Part shown: in pieces, positions 1-14,216 of the stretch | Layout: every line of letters begins with the position of its first letter | Position numbering within the stretch: position 1 is the stretch's first letter | Source of the DNA: the human T2T-CHM13v2.0 reference genome, Homo sapiens | Assembly: GCF_009914755.1 (NCBI RefSeq) | Contig: NC_060926.1 | Length of the DNA: 64,000 nt | Reading direction: 5' to 3' (one strand) | Notes under the pieces: generated by a model | What the model was told of the DNA's origin: nothing | The model's input: the letters and a program-made list of their open reading frames with translations, nothing else | Database searches by the model: none | Made by a program: the position numbers and the translations under genes

Positions 1-1120
1 AACCCTAAAGAAAATCTAGCCAATACCATTCAGGACATAGGCGTATGTGACGATTTTATAATGAAGATGTCAAAAACTACTGCAACAAAAGTAAAAATTG
101 ACAAATGGGATCTAATTAAACTAAAGAGCCTCTGCAAGCAAAAGAAACTATGATCAGAGCAAACAGATAACCCACAGAATGGAAAAAAAAAATTGCAATC
201 TAGCCATCTGACAAAGGTCTAATATCCAGAGTCTAGAAGGAACTTAAACAAATTTGCAAGAAAAAAAAAACAACCCCATTAAAAAGTGGGCAAGACATGA
301 ATAGACACTTCTCAAAAGAAGACATTTATGTGGCCAGGAAACATTAAAAAAAAGTCAACATCACTGAGCATTAGAGAAATGCGAATAAAAATCACAATGA
401 GATACTATCTCACACCAGTCAGAATGGCGATTATTAAAAAGTCAAGAAACAACAGCCGCTGGCAAGGCAGCGAAGGAATAGGAACGCTTTTACACTGTTG
501 GTGGAAATGTAAATTCGTTCAACCATTGTGCAAGACAGTGTGGTGATTCCTCAAAGACCTAGACCCAGAAATACCATTTGACCCAGCAATCCCATTGACT
601 GTGTATATACCCAAAGGAATATAAATCATGCTACTATAAAGACACATGCTCGTATATGTTCACTGCAGCACTATTCACAATAGCAAAGACATGGAATCAA
701 TCCAAATGCCCATCAATGATATACTGGATAAAGAAAATGTGATACATATGCACCATGGGATACTATGCAGCCATAATAAAGAATGAGATCATATCCTTTG
801 CAGGGACATGTATGGAGCTGGAAGCCATTATTCTCAGAAACTAATGCAGGAACAGAAAACCAAACACCGCATGTTCTTACTTATAAGTGGGAACTGAACA
901 ATGAGAACACATGGACACAGGGAGGGGAAAAACACACACTGGGGCTTCTCAGGGGTGGTGGGGGGAGAGCATCAGGATAAATAGCTAATGCATGCAGGGC
1001 TTAATACCTAGGTGATGGGTTGATAAGTACAGCAAACCACCATGGCACACATTTGCCTATGTAACAAACCTGCACATCCTGCATATGTACCTCAGAACTT
1101 AAAATAAAAATAAAAGAAAA
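1..1120 (+). mobile_element. LINE-1 3' portion (older L1PA): ORF2 C-terminus, 3' UTR and A-rich tail; continues left of the window
   Basis: ORF 328-546 gives the ORF2 C-terminal motifs 'MRYYLTPVRMAIIKKS...GTLLHCWWKCKFVQPL'. G-rich 3' UTR followed by 'aaaataaaaataaaagaaaa'. The frame is disrupted. Confidence 0.95.
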
Positions 1121-1124
1121 TAGG

Positions 1125-2300
1125 AGACTGGTTCTATTCCATCCAAGAGATGACCGAGTGTGCAGTTGGGTGCAGAGAAGAAAAGATAAATGACCTGCAT
1201 CATGTGTTAATGTTAAACAACTGGCATTTAAAATACACAGCAGTAAGCAGATTCAAGATATATTTTAAAGGTAATTAATAGGATTTATTGATGGAATGTG
1301 GGTGGGGAGGGAAAAGAAGGGACCAACCCAGACTCCTAGCCTGATGACTTGAGTATCTGGTTGAAAGTGGTCACTGTTTGTTGACATGAATAACATGGTA
1401 AGAGATATCACCACTGAGAGGTTCAGTAACCAGTGGGTTTATTTATTGTGGATAGGCTGACTTTGAGATATCTATCACACAACTAGGAGGAAAGAATCTA
1501 AAGGAAGTTAAGAGATGATTAATGGGTACAAAAATATAGTTAGATAGACTGAATAAAATCTAGTATTTGTTAGCACAACAGAGTAATTACAGTCAACAAA
1601 AATGTATTGTATATTTAAAAATAACTATAAGAGTAAATAGAAATGTTCAGAACACAAAGAAATGATAGATGCCTGAGGTGATGGATACCCCATTTACTCT
1701 GATGTAATAATTATGCATTGTATGCCCCTGTATCAAAATATCTCATGTACCCATAAAAATTAAAAAATAATAAATAAATAGAGGGTAAATATGTGTTGAA
1801 ACCTCAGACTTACAGTCTAATATGAAGATACAAATTTGAAACTTATCAGCATAAATGGTAAATACATATATGGTAATTATTTAAATTATTTCAGTAGAGG
1901 GTATAGGGAGTGAAGATAAGAACATCCAGGACTGAAAACCAGGACTGAAATCCAAGAAACCTCACACTGGGAGACAGAGCAGGAGGAGCCCACAGAAGCG
2001 CCTCATAAGGACAGTGTAGTGAGTTCGCAGGGAAACCAGAAGAGGCTTTTGTCAGAAGCAGCAAGAAAAATGCATATTTCAAGAGGAGACCAAATGCTGA
2101 GATGTTGAATAAGATGGACATAGGGAAGAACTTCTTTAATACGGAAGTCATTAGTGAGACGATTTCAGCAGCGATGTGGGGGAAGCCAAAAGTGGGTGTG
2201 TTGATAGTGCTGGGAATGAAGAACAGGACCCAGAGCCAATATGACTGTGTAAGAAAATTGAGAGAAATTGGGCAGTAGCTGGACGGGGGCTAATGTCTAG
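1125..2300 (-). mobile_element. Fragmented L2 relic, interrupted by an L1MA 3' end
   Basis: Purine-rich antisense L2-like phrases ('attcaagatatattttaaagg...ggatttattgatgga', 'gatacaaatttgaaacttatcagcataaatgg'). Confidence 0.6.
1505..1780 (+). mobile_element. L1MA-type 3' UTR fragment with A-rich tail
   Basis: 'aatgggtacaaaaatatagttagatag...tagcacaacag...gaggtgatggataccccatttac' ending in 'aaaaataataaataaata'. Confidence 0.85.
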
Positions 2301-2837
2301 CAGGAGTGTTTTATTTGCTTTTCACTGGGGGAATGGGGAAACATTAGTGCTCGATTGTGTGCTGCTGGAAGAGATTCAAGAAAGACTGGAGAAAGGATGT
2401 TGCTGCAGGAGAAAGAGGGACAACTAAGGAGCCAAAGTCCTTAGGATGTAGGAGGGCTGGGGGACCCGAGCGCTCCTTAATATGAAGAAGCCCCTATTGT
2501 TTTAACTGTTTTTCAGTAAGCCTAATCTAGGTTCTCCAAGAGAAATAACCACAACCAAATTGCCCTGCAGTCACAAAGAAAAACAAAACAAAACAAAACA
2601 ATAACGTTAGCATGAGGATTTTTTGTTGCTGTTTATCACGTAGATTCCTCATAGAGATGTCAAAAAAGTACTAAAAATGGCTACAGAGGTGCAAGCATAA
2701 TGCAAAATGTTAAAACAAGGGCATAATAGGGAGACCTAGTAATGAAAGAAGTGAGTTGGGTTTCTGAGATAATTGTTTCAAAAACTGAGTTAACAGAAGT
2801 TCCTGGAAACAAGAATAACATTTGGGCTAAACTGGAT

Positions 2838-3176
<339 letters not shown>

Positions 3177-4682
3177 TTAAATAATAAAATACAGTGTCAT
3201 TTAAAAAGACTTTAAAAAATTAGGCAATTCATTATGACAGATTTTTTTAAAAAATATCAGTGATATTGAAGAACATAGTGGATAGTGTCTTCTATGGAAT
3301 TTTATAAAATACCCAGAGATAATTTTTAATGGGCTATTTCTCAAACTGATTCTCAGAAAAAAAAATTTGAAGACCCAATTTTATAATGTTTCTGAATACA
3401 TTTCTATGAGGAGCTAACCCTCTCTCATTGAGTTATTGATCAGGAGGCAATCTAGTGATTAAAATAAAAAGGCAGAAAACAACTCCAGAGGAAGAAACAG
3501 CTTGTCTGCTTCCTTCCCCTGTCCCTCCCTCTTTTATCTCCGTCTCTATGTGTGTTTTAATTGTTTGGGGATAGCTGGACATGGGGAGACAGAGGTAGAG
3601 ATCAGCAGTGACCAGGTGGGCAGGGCCTGGTCTAATCTGAGCACTGCAAACGCATCCAGGTCCCCAAGGAAGGGAGTATTGTGGGATGGGACCTACTGGA
3701 ACTGTGTGACTTGGAATCCAGCGTCCAACCATCCCTAGAATCTAGGGAAAGAGGTTATAATTGTGTTCACTAGGCAATGAGAAAACTATGGAATCTTCTT
3801 GAGCATGAAGACAATGAGGTGAAAATACTTTAGATGTGTTAGTCTGGTTTACTCTTCACCTTGAGGTGGAAGGAGGAAGAAGAGGCCGTGCGGCTGCTTA
3901 GGCTGCAAGTGCAGTAATCCAGGAACGTGCAAGAATCAGGACATGGCAGTGGCTTCAGGGATAAAGAGGAGGAAAATCTCAGAAGTTAGTTTCATGTACA
4001 GAACAAAAAATTCTGTTGATTGAGCAAGTCTGGTAGGTAAATGTAATTCTTTAGGCAAAGGTATGTGTCCTGGGAAAATCTCTTATCACCAAAAGGAAAG
4101 CTGGTCTAAGGAAAAGCAGGTTACATATTCCTGTGGGAAGCTAAGATTGTTTTGCTAGTTTCCTTCCACCTTTGAAGACTTTCTAATGATCTGCTACATT
4201 AAAAAAGCTGACCTTTGTGATTAAAAAAAGTTAAATAGTCCTTTCCTCATTCAATTCTGCCTTTGGTGTCACTCCCTTGAATACCTCAAAGACAATTTAA
4301 TCTGTTTTGGTTAATTAATTCAGGTTCAAAACACAAGGTGCAGTTGCTGCTCCCAATTAGTAAATCAGATAGACCATGAGCTGTAGGTTCTATTCTATGT
4401 CCAGGTATATTAGAATGTAAAATAATGGATATTTACAGGCACTCATTTGAGCACCTAATTGCCAAGGCAGTTTCTGTTGATATAAAAGGCAATTTAAAGC
4501 TAAGCTATACCTGGCCTAAATTTAATTAATTTGAGGTCCTAGTTTCCCAAAGAAGGAATCAAACACATCGACTACAAAGCATACTTGAATGGATAAAGAC
4601 ATGTTTTTTTTTTTCCTTTCAAATGTTAGTGAAATCAAGAAAAGGTAATATTGGTGAACTCAAATAGGTCCCTAGCTATTCA

Positions 4683-4768
4683 GATGATGATGATGAAGGC
4701 CATGAAGGTGACAACAATGACGGTGATGCTGACGATCATCGTGATGATGGTAGGGGTGTTAATGATGG
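4683..4768. repeat. Degenerate (GAT)n trinucleotide repeat
   Basis: 'gatgatgatgatgaaggccatgaaggtgacaacaatgacggtgatgctgacgatcatcgtgatgatg'. Confidence 0.7.
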
Positions 4769-7700
4769 ATTTCAGAGTGATAGACTGTAAGATTTAGGAA
4801 TCCAGCAATGTTTAACAAATTGTATTGTCAGCAGCGACTCACATTAATGGAGTCATTATCAGAAAATTGCATATAATTCCTGTTATTGCAAGTCCTCAGG
4901 ATAATATGGCTGTTCTGCTAGGAGATTTAGAAGCTGCATGCCCTGTGTAATTTTGGAAATTGCTCTGATATTGCTTCCGTGGATACAGAGCTCAGAGCAG
5001 GCCCATTACACATTCAACCACGCAAACCTGGACAGCGCCTGTCCACCTCCTCTGGACGGCACCCTTTGAGAGTCACCTGTCTGATTGTCAGCCGAGGCTG
5101 GCTCTTGGCTTCTAACAATAAATTCTCTCATTTATTTGGCAGACCCACGTCTCTTGCCTGCATTTAATAGTGAAAAAGGAGTAACATGTTCATTTCACTC
5201 TAATTATGCTTTAGAAAATCGTCCCACTTCAAAATTATAATGTAAAAAATTACCTGCCACCAGGTCTTTAGAAGGAGAACTGGTCAACCCTCACAGGCTG
5301 CCTGACTTCTTTCAAACGCCAGCACCAGGCTCTCTGGCTCTGCTCATGATACGCTGGGCTATGGCCGTCTCTTAAAATCATGGTTTGTTTTTTTCTTTCT
5401 TTCTTTCTTTCTCAGATAGTATCTCCCTTTAGATAAATTCTGGTTGCAATATTTTACTATTTTTAATCCTCCAGGAGGGAAGCGGTAATGTCCTTCTCCC
5501 TGTCCTTCACACCAATTTGTCTGTGCTTCTCATTATACAGAGTCTGCTTAAGTCGTGGTGCCTGCTGCCAGTTCTGTTAAACTGCAGAGGGAACTGCCAG
5601 GTCACAATTTATGCTACAATATCATAAAATTAACTTTCATGCAGAAATCCTTTTCCCCCTCTTTTATTCATTTTTATGCTTAAGAAATCCTGATGATTCT
5701 GTTAGAAGGATTAGTTGTCTTCCTCCTTGGAATTGACAAGATGGGTAGAATTTTGGTTTTAAGAGCAAAAGAAAATACAATAAAAGCTCAACTCAAAATT
5801 TCTTCCTAATGATTACAAAATTCTTCCTGCTTTGTTGCACTAAACTTAAAGTGAAAAGCCTGCTGTGGAACTAGGAGGTGGAGGGTGAAATACTTAAGTG
5901 GAAAATGACTGTCTTTTACCCAATCTTGAATCAAAGATCTCCATGCCCAGTGCAAGCCCAGCCTGCTCCTTTTTACTCCTTCGGGACCTAGCAGAAGTCA
6001 TTCTCTCATTAACTGTGATGGGATGCTGTGCCCCTATTTCCTGTTATACCTGGAAGAATCTGTGCTGAACGGGATACATTCCTTTCTTTCAGGCCCCTCT
6101 TGAGGCAGCCAGCAGGCTTAAGGCTGAAAATGCAGCTCACAGGGTACAGGTCTTCAACTCTGCATGAACCCCAGGATGTCTCCATGAATAGCCAAAAGGG
6201 CCAAAACCTTTCACAGGATTTGAAGAGTGAAAAATGGCAGATCCAGGATTTTACTTTTCCTACATGAATCTTTTACTTTGTCCCTTAAAGAATTACACTG
6301 AAACCCTCTCCTCGTATTTTGCTTTTCATTTTAATGAAATAAAACATTATCTTCCTGGATACAAGATGTAATTTTCCATTCTTGGCATCAAAGGGCTTTC
6401 AAGAAAGAAAATCCTTTTTTTTAATATTGTAGATATCAGTGAAAAGAAAATGATATTTATTCTTAGAACCAACAATAATATCTCAAACTTAGAGTTGCTT
6501 TTCTATTGCGAATCAAAAAAAAAAGTATCCTTTAATTTCACAAATTTTTGTATAGGCCATTCTGGAAAAGGGAAACCTAATCTAAAATGTCCTCTTTACT
6601 GTCAGCATGTCTTTCTTTCTAATACGAGAAGAATGTTCTATGCTGAAAGATGACTGTCACAAAACTGATATTATATTTCTGTATTATATCATTCTATTTA
6701 CTTTTTTCTGAATTTTGTGAGAATATTTACATATAAAAATACTGAGTAGAATATTGTTACAGCTGTGTTTCATATTAAAGGCTGACTTCAGAAGCAAACC
6801 TTTCATTACCTGAGGTCTAAAAATGTAGCTGGATGTGATGCAATTACTAACCTGCTTAGAAGGGAGTATTCTGCAATGCTGTGAACAAGACACGTTAAAC
6901 ATTTACCCTGTGAGAATGAAAGACCAGTTCTTTGGGGCACTAATCATGACCATTCTCATTAGCATAATACCACATTTAGCCAATATCTGCTGAGCTTCCA
7001 TTCCTAGTTTACATATAAAAGAAAAGAGTGCAAAGTAAACTAACTATGAAGGGGATAAGTATAATGTCAATAAGCATACAAAATACTGGCACCTATCAGC
7101 TAAGTATATGACCCCAAACTAAAATAAATATAACAAGTATGCATTGTGTAGAGTTCTCAAATGAAATTGCTTGAAGAAATCTTGTGCCAATCTTACCAAT
7201 TAGACAAGTGTGTCCTTGAGATGGGTTTTGATCTAACTGAGTCTACAAAAAAAAAAATTTTCCACTGGGTGGCATGACTGAAGCTATTGAAAAACAGATG
7301 TAGGTAATATCTCATTAATTTAACTAAGTGTTTCTGAACAGGCTCCAAATCTGGTGTGAATTACAAAGACTCTATTGCAGTTTGAAGCCAGAAAACAAAT
7401 ATGTTTTCTGCCAAATGCACTTAAATAGTTAGCAAATTGCCAGTCATTTAAATTATAGATTCCTGCTAAATTTATCCATTCCTTTAATATAATGAAGATA
7501 TCATGGGTACCTGAGGATGTACTGTAGAAGCAACGTGAGTCTTTCTCACACGCACCACCACGGTGTTGCAGCCACAGGCTATAACTGTGTTATCTTGGGG
7601 CAAAGAAGCAACCAACCCACTAAATAAAAACAAGCTGAGCTCATTTTTAATTCTAAATAACAAGTGCTCATTGCACAAGAAATTTGTCCTTATCTGAGCT

Positions 7701-7829
7701 CCATATGTATATCTTGGCAATTTAAGAAGATTATGAAGTTAATTCAGAAAATATAAATGTACATGATGTATGTGTGTACATGCATGAGTGTGTGTGTATC
7801 TTGCAAACATAGTCTTACCTAGTTCTTTG

Positions 7830-8230
7830 TTCTTCACCCATGCATGCCTTTCCTTTTCTTGCACATAAGTCCTTTCCTGTGCTATTTCTGTGGCTTAGAA
7901 TGGGTGTCTTTTCTCCAATCAAAAATCTCACTAGTTCTTGAAGCTTTTCAGAGATACTAGTTGTTTCATGAAGGTTTTCAGATAATTCAGGCCCATCACA
8001 TCATTCCTAATTAGAAACTCCAGCGTCTACTGTACGTACCTCTCCTAGACAGCAGACTTCAGTCTGCTTTGTATCAAAGTTACCTTGTTTTACACATCTA
8101 TTTTCATAAATACATAGTCCATCCATAGAAGACAAGGTGCAAAATTTACTCTTCTTTGCATTTTCACCAGTGCCAAAATAATGACTTACATTATGCTTGG
8201 CTCAAACGATATGCTTATTAGAATTAAACT
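7830..8230 (+). mobile_element. L2 3' end relic
   Basis: Ends in a decayed L2 terminus: 'ccagtgccaaaataatgacttacattatgcttggctcaaacgatatgcttattagaattaa'. Confidence 0.55.
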
Positions 8231-8468
8231 ATATTAAACTCTGGTTATTTTTCATGTGAATAAAGAACAATTAATAAATCTACTCAAGGCTTTTGCATTA
8301 TCAAGACTTGCAACATCAGGAATCCAGACTTATACAAGGTCTATCTTAATGATAATCATGGATGACAAAGGTTTGTTTCTTCAGGCTAATTGACTTCAGT
8401 GAAATGCATGACTTGTGAACATGCATACATGCTGTCCTGTGTTGGAGACGTCTATTTTAAAATTCCTA

Positions 8469-8848
8469 TGTCTTAGTCCATTTTCTACTGCTATAACAGA
8501 ATACCACAGACTGGATAATTTATAAAAAAGAGATGTATTTGGCTTATGATTCTAAATGCTGGAAAGTCCAAGATTGAGGCACCACATCTGGTGAGAGCCC
8601 TTTCCCTGTGCACAACGTGGTGGAAGGGCATCGTGAGGTGAGGAAGCACACCCTCAAGACAGAGAAAGAAAATTGGCCTGAACTCACCCCAGGATAACTG
8701 ACTGACTCCCAAGATAATGCCATTTAGTCCATTCGTGAAAGCTCTGCCCTCATGATTTATTACTTTTTAAAGGTCCCACCTCTCCATACCATCACAATAG
8801 CAATTCCATTTTAACATAAGCTTTGGAGAGGACATTCAAACCACAGAA
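8469..8848 (-). mobile_element. ERVL-MaLR solo LTR (MST/MLT1A-type)
   Basis: 'tgtcttagtccattttctactgctataacagaataccacagactgg...ggaaagtccaagat...ggagaggacattcaaaccacag'. Confidence 0.85.
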
Positions 8849-11739
8849 TCTTACTTTAAACATTAACTCAGAGATTAGAGAGGCCAAGAGCAACACAGTC
8901 TGAGTTTGCTTATCGACAGCTTTGGCGGGTGTCTTGTGAGACAGGTGGGTGTCTGTCTCACAACCTGCTGGGTGGTCTCCAGAAAGTCATTTATTCTCTT
9001 TGGGCTTTCATTTCTTTGAATTTTTTGACACTATTATTATTCATCATTTCACACAGTCAAAGCAACAAAAAAATTCTAAACTAAATGAGAAAATATGTGA
9101 TTAGTCTCATTTCATCATGAGCTGATTGTGTGATTGTGGGAAAGCCCCCTGCCCTATTTGGGATGCTCTGAAGTCTGAGACTATTGAATTAACCAGGTAC
9201 CTCTGAGTGTCAATACATCCATTGCTCATCACAGGATAAACTTGCCATGGTCAAACAACTCAAATGAAAGGACTCATTTCCTGGACAGCTAGTCTATTTC
9301 ATGTTTACTTTCTTGAGAATATATATTTTCCTTATCACACAAACATATTAATTTTTAAGTGTTTTTTAAAGTGTGGTTCCTAAAGGGCTTTGACCCATTG
9401 TGAATGATGACTGACCCTATCAGCATGCTATCCAGAACACACTGAGACACCATGGAAAAGCTGAATTTCTGAAGATGGTTCATGTGGGGAGACTGCAATT
9501 TATCAGTGCCACAGACACCTACCACTGATTCTTCTCCATCACCTGTTCTATTAATATCTCCTTTCCATTTGTTTGCACATTCACATGAATGAATGCCTGT
9601 TCTCATCATCCACCATCGCTACTCACTTGTTCATCAAAAGGATGATCCTTCTTTATTCCCACAGTACTCCCACCTGAGAACAACACGTAAATCCTGCACT
9701 CCTTTCTGATAAAACGACTAGATTTTTAGAGTAGAAAATCCACCTGCCTCCTGCAAAAATCAGAGGACTGGTTTCAAACAGCATAACAATGATTTCATTT
9801 CATTAATTAATTCATCAATGCAATAAAACTTGTCATTTTAACTTGTTTCTGAGATTCCAATCAAAGCCTAATTAGCATAAACATTTCAACATGTGTCCTA
9901 TATTAGCAGCAGGCATCAGGAAATGAAGACTTCCAGCATGGAGGGGTAAGGAGGCAGAAAAGGTCATCCTTGTAGCCAAATGGATATGTTTTTGTTAAAA
10001 ATAAGCCTCCAAGAAAATGTTACGATTTGATGTATAGTAGCAGTAACCCTTTGTGTCGGCTTGATGAATCAGCAGATTTGCAAACTTTTCATTCTACCAG
10101 CAGGGAAACCTCTGTAGTATTCAGGCCCGTCCAAAGATGTTGTGCGCTAATTTATGGAGAGGGAGATTCCTGCCATGAAATGTACTTGGAAACTAGACTA
10201 AGAGCTGGGGTAAGCCTGACAGTCCCAGCTGGAGCATGATAGTAGAAACAGGTGATAGCTGGAGAAGAGAGAATAAGTTCTTGTCTTTGAGGAGCTTTCC
10301 CAAGGTCAAATGGCCAGCAAGTTGCAGGACTCAAGTAGGTGTCAGAGGGTCTAGTTCAACTCCTTTGCTCTATCACTACTCCATTCAGGGCAAAGACCCT
10401 TAGGGGTACTAACCTCTGCTCACTTGCAGTAAGCTAGATAATTAATAGCTTGCCTCACACGCAATACAGACTTGCAGGAATAATAAATAGATTAAATGCC
10501 CAAAAAGAACAGAGGATTAGATAATAACACTCACTCAAGGGATGGCAGAGAGGAAGTCCTATATGCATACCTTCCAGTTTTATCAGGACGCAGCCTAGGC
10601 TTCCAGACATCATGTTACAAAATGCCAGACAGCCTGACAGCAAGGGAACATGGGAGGTAAAATTCTCCAATGTAAGCAGACATCCCAGCTCAGCCTCATC
10701 AAGGTCCAACTGAAGCAGTGATGGACACAGCTCCCAGCTTTGCCCTGCAATTGTATCGATAGTGTGAGGACCCGTCCCCTTCCTCAACTCTCTGGTTTTC
10801 CCATTTTTCTTGTGGCTTTAGATAAGACTGAAAGAAAAATTCTCTCCTCGTTCATCATCTCTCAGCCTGGGCTGTGGCTACCAATTTCACAGTTTTCCCT
10901 CAAAGCAATGACAGGTTACCTTAGTTTTATTTCTGAGTTTGATGCCCTCGATTGGTGCCCATTTCATATCTATGTCAATGCAGAATTGTCTATTTTTATT
11001 TGAAGTTTTTAGAAACATGGAAGAGAAGCCTCGGCCTTTTCCTTTAAATAACTGCTCCGACAGCTTTATGGATGGCTAGTTAGTTTCTTCCTGACCTCCC
11101 TGAGAGGTCCCATCAGCTCTAACCCAGTTTCCTCTAAATTCTATATTCCCGGCTCTGGGACAGCAGCAGACGGTTGTATCTTGTTCCACAATCCATAATT
11201 CTCAGCTTCAAAGTTCAGTGCCAAATAAGATCTCACATTGTAGGATAACCTTTTGTACCAGCCCTTCAGCAGCAATTAAATCTGCTCATCCCACGATGCC
11301 TGGAGAAAACCTAGGCACGCTGCCTGTTTTCAGGTGCAAAAACGAAGTAAAACAGAACAAAATACAAAAACAAAGACCAGCGACACAAGGATCTGAGGCT
11401 TCCTCTTCATTAACTGTTCTAGTCAGCAAAGTCAGATAACAAAAGGAAGACCCCTAGGTAATAAGTGAGGAGGGGGCTGAGCTGAGGGGGATGTGTCAGG
11501 GACCTCTGTGGGGCTTCTGCTGGAGCAGAATTAAAAGCCAAATCTCAGTCTGTAAGTGCAAGGCCTATAAATTCTTTAAAAACTAAGTGGGCATGGCCAG
11601 ACAGATAATGCCAACCAGGAAGCCTATGTGAGGCCCTGAAATGACAAGCGACTGGTGTATGAGTATATGGATCCCCTCTCTGGTTTAGAAACAGGACTTA
11701 GTGAGCTCCCAATGTGTGCCCAGGAGGTTATGAACACAC

Positions 11740-11950
11740 CTACCATACATAGAACGCCTACTGTAGGATTGACTTATATGATACCTAATCTGTATCGCCT
11801 CCTGGATCTACTTTTGTTTACAAATGAAGAAGCAGACTGAGAGGATTTAGGAGACTTACCCAGAATTTATGAATCACGGCACTGGAATTTGAGCCTGGCT
11901 CTTTTGATATTAAAGCTATGTAATGCTATGGTCTTTCTACTATGCTATGT
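11740..11950 (-). mobile_element. MIR SINE
   Basis: Antisense MIR core: 'tttacaaatgaagaagcagactgagagg...gacttacccag...ctggaatttgagcctgg'. Confidence 0.6.
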
Positions 11951-13944
11951 TTCTGCAACCCACCCAAGCATCCATCCTTTCTGTCTTCATCTGTGTGGGA
12001 CACCTACCCTCATGGGAGTACACTCCTCAGTGATTTACCAAACACTTGTGAACAAGTAACTTACTAGAGTTCACAAAAGCTCAGTGAACTAGACATCATG
12101 GTCATCCCCAGTTCCTACCATGGCCTACCCCAGTAACCACCACAGAAGGGGATTCCAGGGAAATGAAAGACACAGACCTTGCCTCCGGGAGCTTAGAACC
12201 AAGTTGCGGTGACAGTCAGAGATGCATGCACAGCACCACCTTAGGACAAAGCTATCAACATATGCGCTGTTGGTTGACTGACTACAAATTCTTGGCTAAC
12301 TACCCACAGAGGGGAAACAGTTTGAGTTAGAGTGTCCACAGAGTGCAGCATGGATGAAGGAACCTGAACTGGGCTCTGAAAGCTGCTCATCCTTTGGAGA
12401 GATGGAGGGGAAGTGGTGGGATTTTCAAAATATCTGAAAATCCACAAAGCCAATGTTGCTGAAGTGGAAAAATCACAGTGTTTCCAAGGGACAATGAGGA
12501 AATTCCTTTGCCTGAAATAGATGGTTACTGCATTAGGACTAGGGAAACAGGAAGTCAAAAGGGTAATGATCTATAAGCACCTAAATCAGAAGTCTCACCA
12601 CCTTGCTAATTGTCCTGTCTACTAGTAAAAGGAATTCAGCAGGTGTTCCAAGGATATACATAATTATTCATTTCTAATTTATATACTAGCATTACCATCT
12701 GCATAGGCTATTATGTAAAATGTATATTTTAGAATATTTTAAAAGGATAAGATACATAAATATAAATTCTAATATTTCTTTCTGCATTGAAACAAATTTT
12801 GGAATGTGCATGCTCAATGTTGCAGCTAAATTCCCACCCCAGATTCCTTCTACAGAACTTCCCAGCACCTCCCCAGGCCTTCGGGCCTCTGCTCCTGGAA
12901 ACAACCACCCTCTTCATGCATACTGCCTCCTCCTGTCATTTTAATATCTTTGGATGGGTTTCTTCTCTCAATACAACCAACTTTTGTGAGGACAGAGAAC
13001 TTATTAATCTGAACTGATAAGCTCCCCAGCATGGAGCTAAATGTTATTTAGAAGTCTGGGGTTTATTAAAATTTTTTGTATGACTGGGGATCTTTAGCCC
13101 TGTAGGTGAGAAGCTGAGTGAAACAGCTGCAGAGGGCAGCGGTGAATTGCTTCATGTAAGGACGCACAGTCAAAGCCTAAGAAGACTTGTAGATAGAAGA
13201 TATGCCTCTGATGGTAGCAAAGGAAAGCATCTCCCCGGAGAACGTGAGCCCACTGCCATGCTGCCAAGACATCACCACCAGGAAAGCTGCGGAGCCCAGG
13301 GTCTGTGGGGAGGTTTTGCACAAAGTCATAAATTCTACAAGGGAGCAAGAAAGAAGCCAAACTGACTCAGGAGAAAGCTTCCTTCAGAGACAGACAAAGG
13401 ATTTTACTAGCCATTAGAAGAAATAACAGTCTTAGGTGATAGCCCTGAATCCCCCAAGAAATCAGATAAAGCACCTTGGAAGGTCAAATACATGACCTTG
13501 ATGTAGGTGCAGCTTAGAATAACCCAGTAATTGAAAAATGAAAAAGGTTGTGTGCACACACGGGCATACTTATAAGTAGCAGAGGTCTGAGCAAGAAAAC
13601 CAGAAAAGTATTGAATTCTTCTATAAACAATCTTCAGTATAATATAAACCATAAAAGTTCAAATTAATTTGGATGATAATATACAGCTCTTTTGGAGATA
13701 TTTCTTAGCCTCACAGTGATTAAAATCAATGAATATGCTTGTTGTTTTTATTTATTAAATTTAGATTTTCTTTGTGATTTCTGTGAAAGATCAATTCAGA
13801 ACATTTTCTCCCTCTTTATTTTTGCATACATTACAACTTGTGACTGTTAAATTTAACTCTCACCTAAACCATTAACAAAAGTTCTTCCCTGGTCTCTGTT
13901 TCCATACTTGCCCCTTAAAGCATTTTAAACATTGCTTTTAGAGT

Positions 13945-14216
13945 CAAGGCCAACTTATCCATTAGGCCATAGGTGGGGCACTTAGGGTTCACAATACCTT
14001 TAAGGGGCCCATGGAATGGTTTAATTTTCTTTGAACTCAGAATTTTTTAAAATGAACTTTTAGGTTAAAGAAAATGTTTTAAGGTATAATATTAATATAT
14101 TCATATTTATGCGAATGCAGTTGTAAAATATAAATTTAAGTATATATTTTTTATGGAAGAAGTAGCCTATAAAAGCAAGAGTGCCTACGGCTCAAGAAAG
14201 TCATAATGTGCTCCTG
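13945..14216. mobile_element. Non-autonomous hAT (Tip100-type, ORSL-like) element inserted in an L2 relic
   Basis: About 270 bp, running 'caaggccaacttatccattagg...tttaaggggcccatgga...gtgcctacggctcaagaaagtcataatgtgctcctg', with CA..TG termini and an AT-rich interior. Confidence 0.7.

Noticed and set aside
328-980. ORFs 328-546 and 783-980 as genes
   Set aside because: They are frameshifted L1 ORF2 C-terminus and 3' UTR, not host genes.
4683-4790. Acidic reading frame DDDDEGHEGDNNDGDADDHRDD
   Set aside because: Explained by a decayed (GAT)n microsatellite; weak splice acceptor and a stop soon after.
13094-13417. Three overlapping ORFs and an ag|GTGAG...CAT|gtaag exon-like stretch
   Set aside because: No recognisable protein similarity, weak polypyrimidine tract, and no partner exons.
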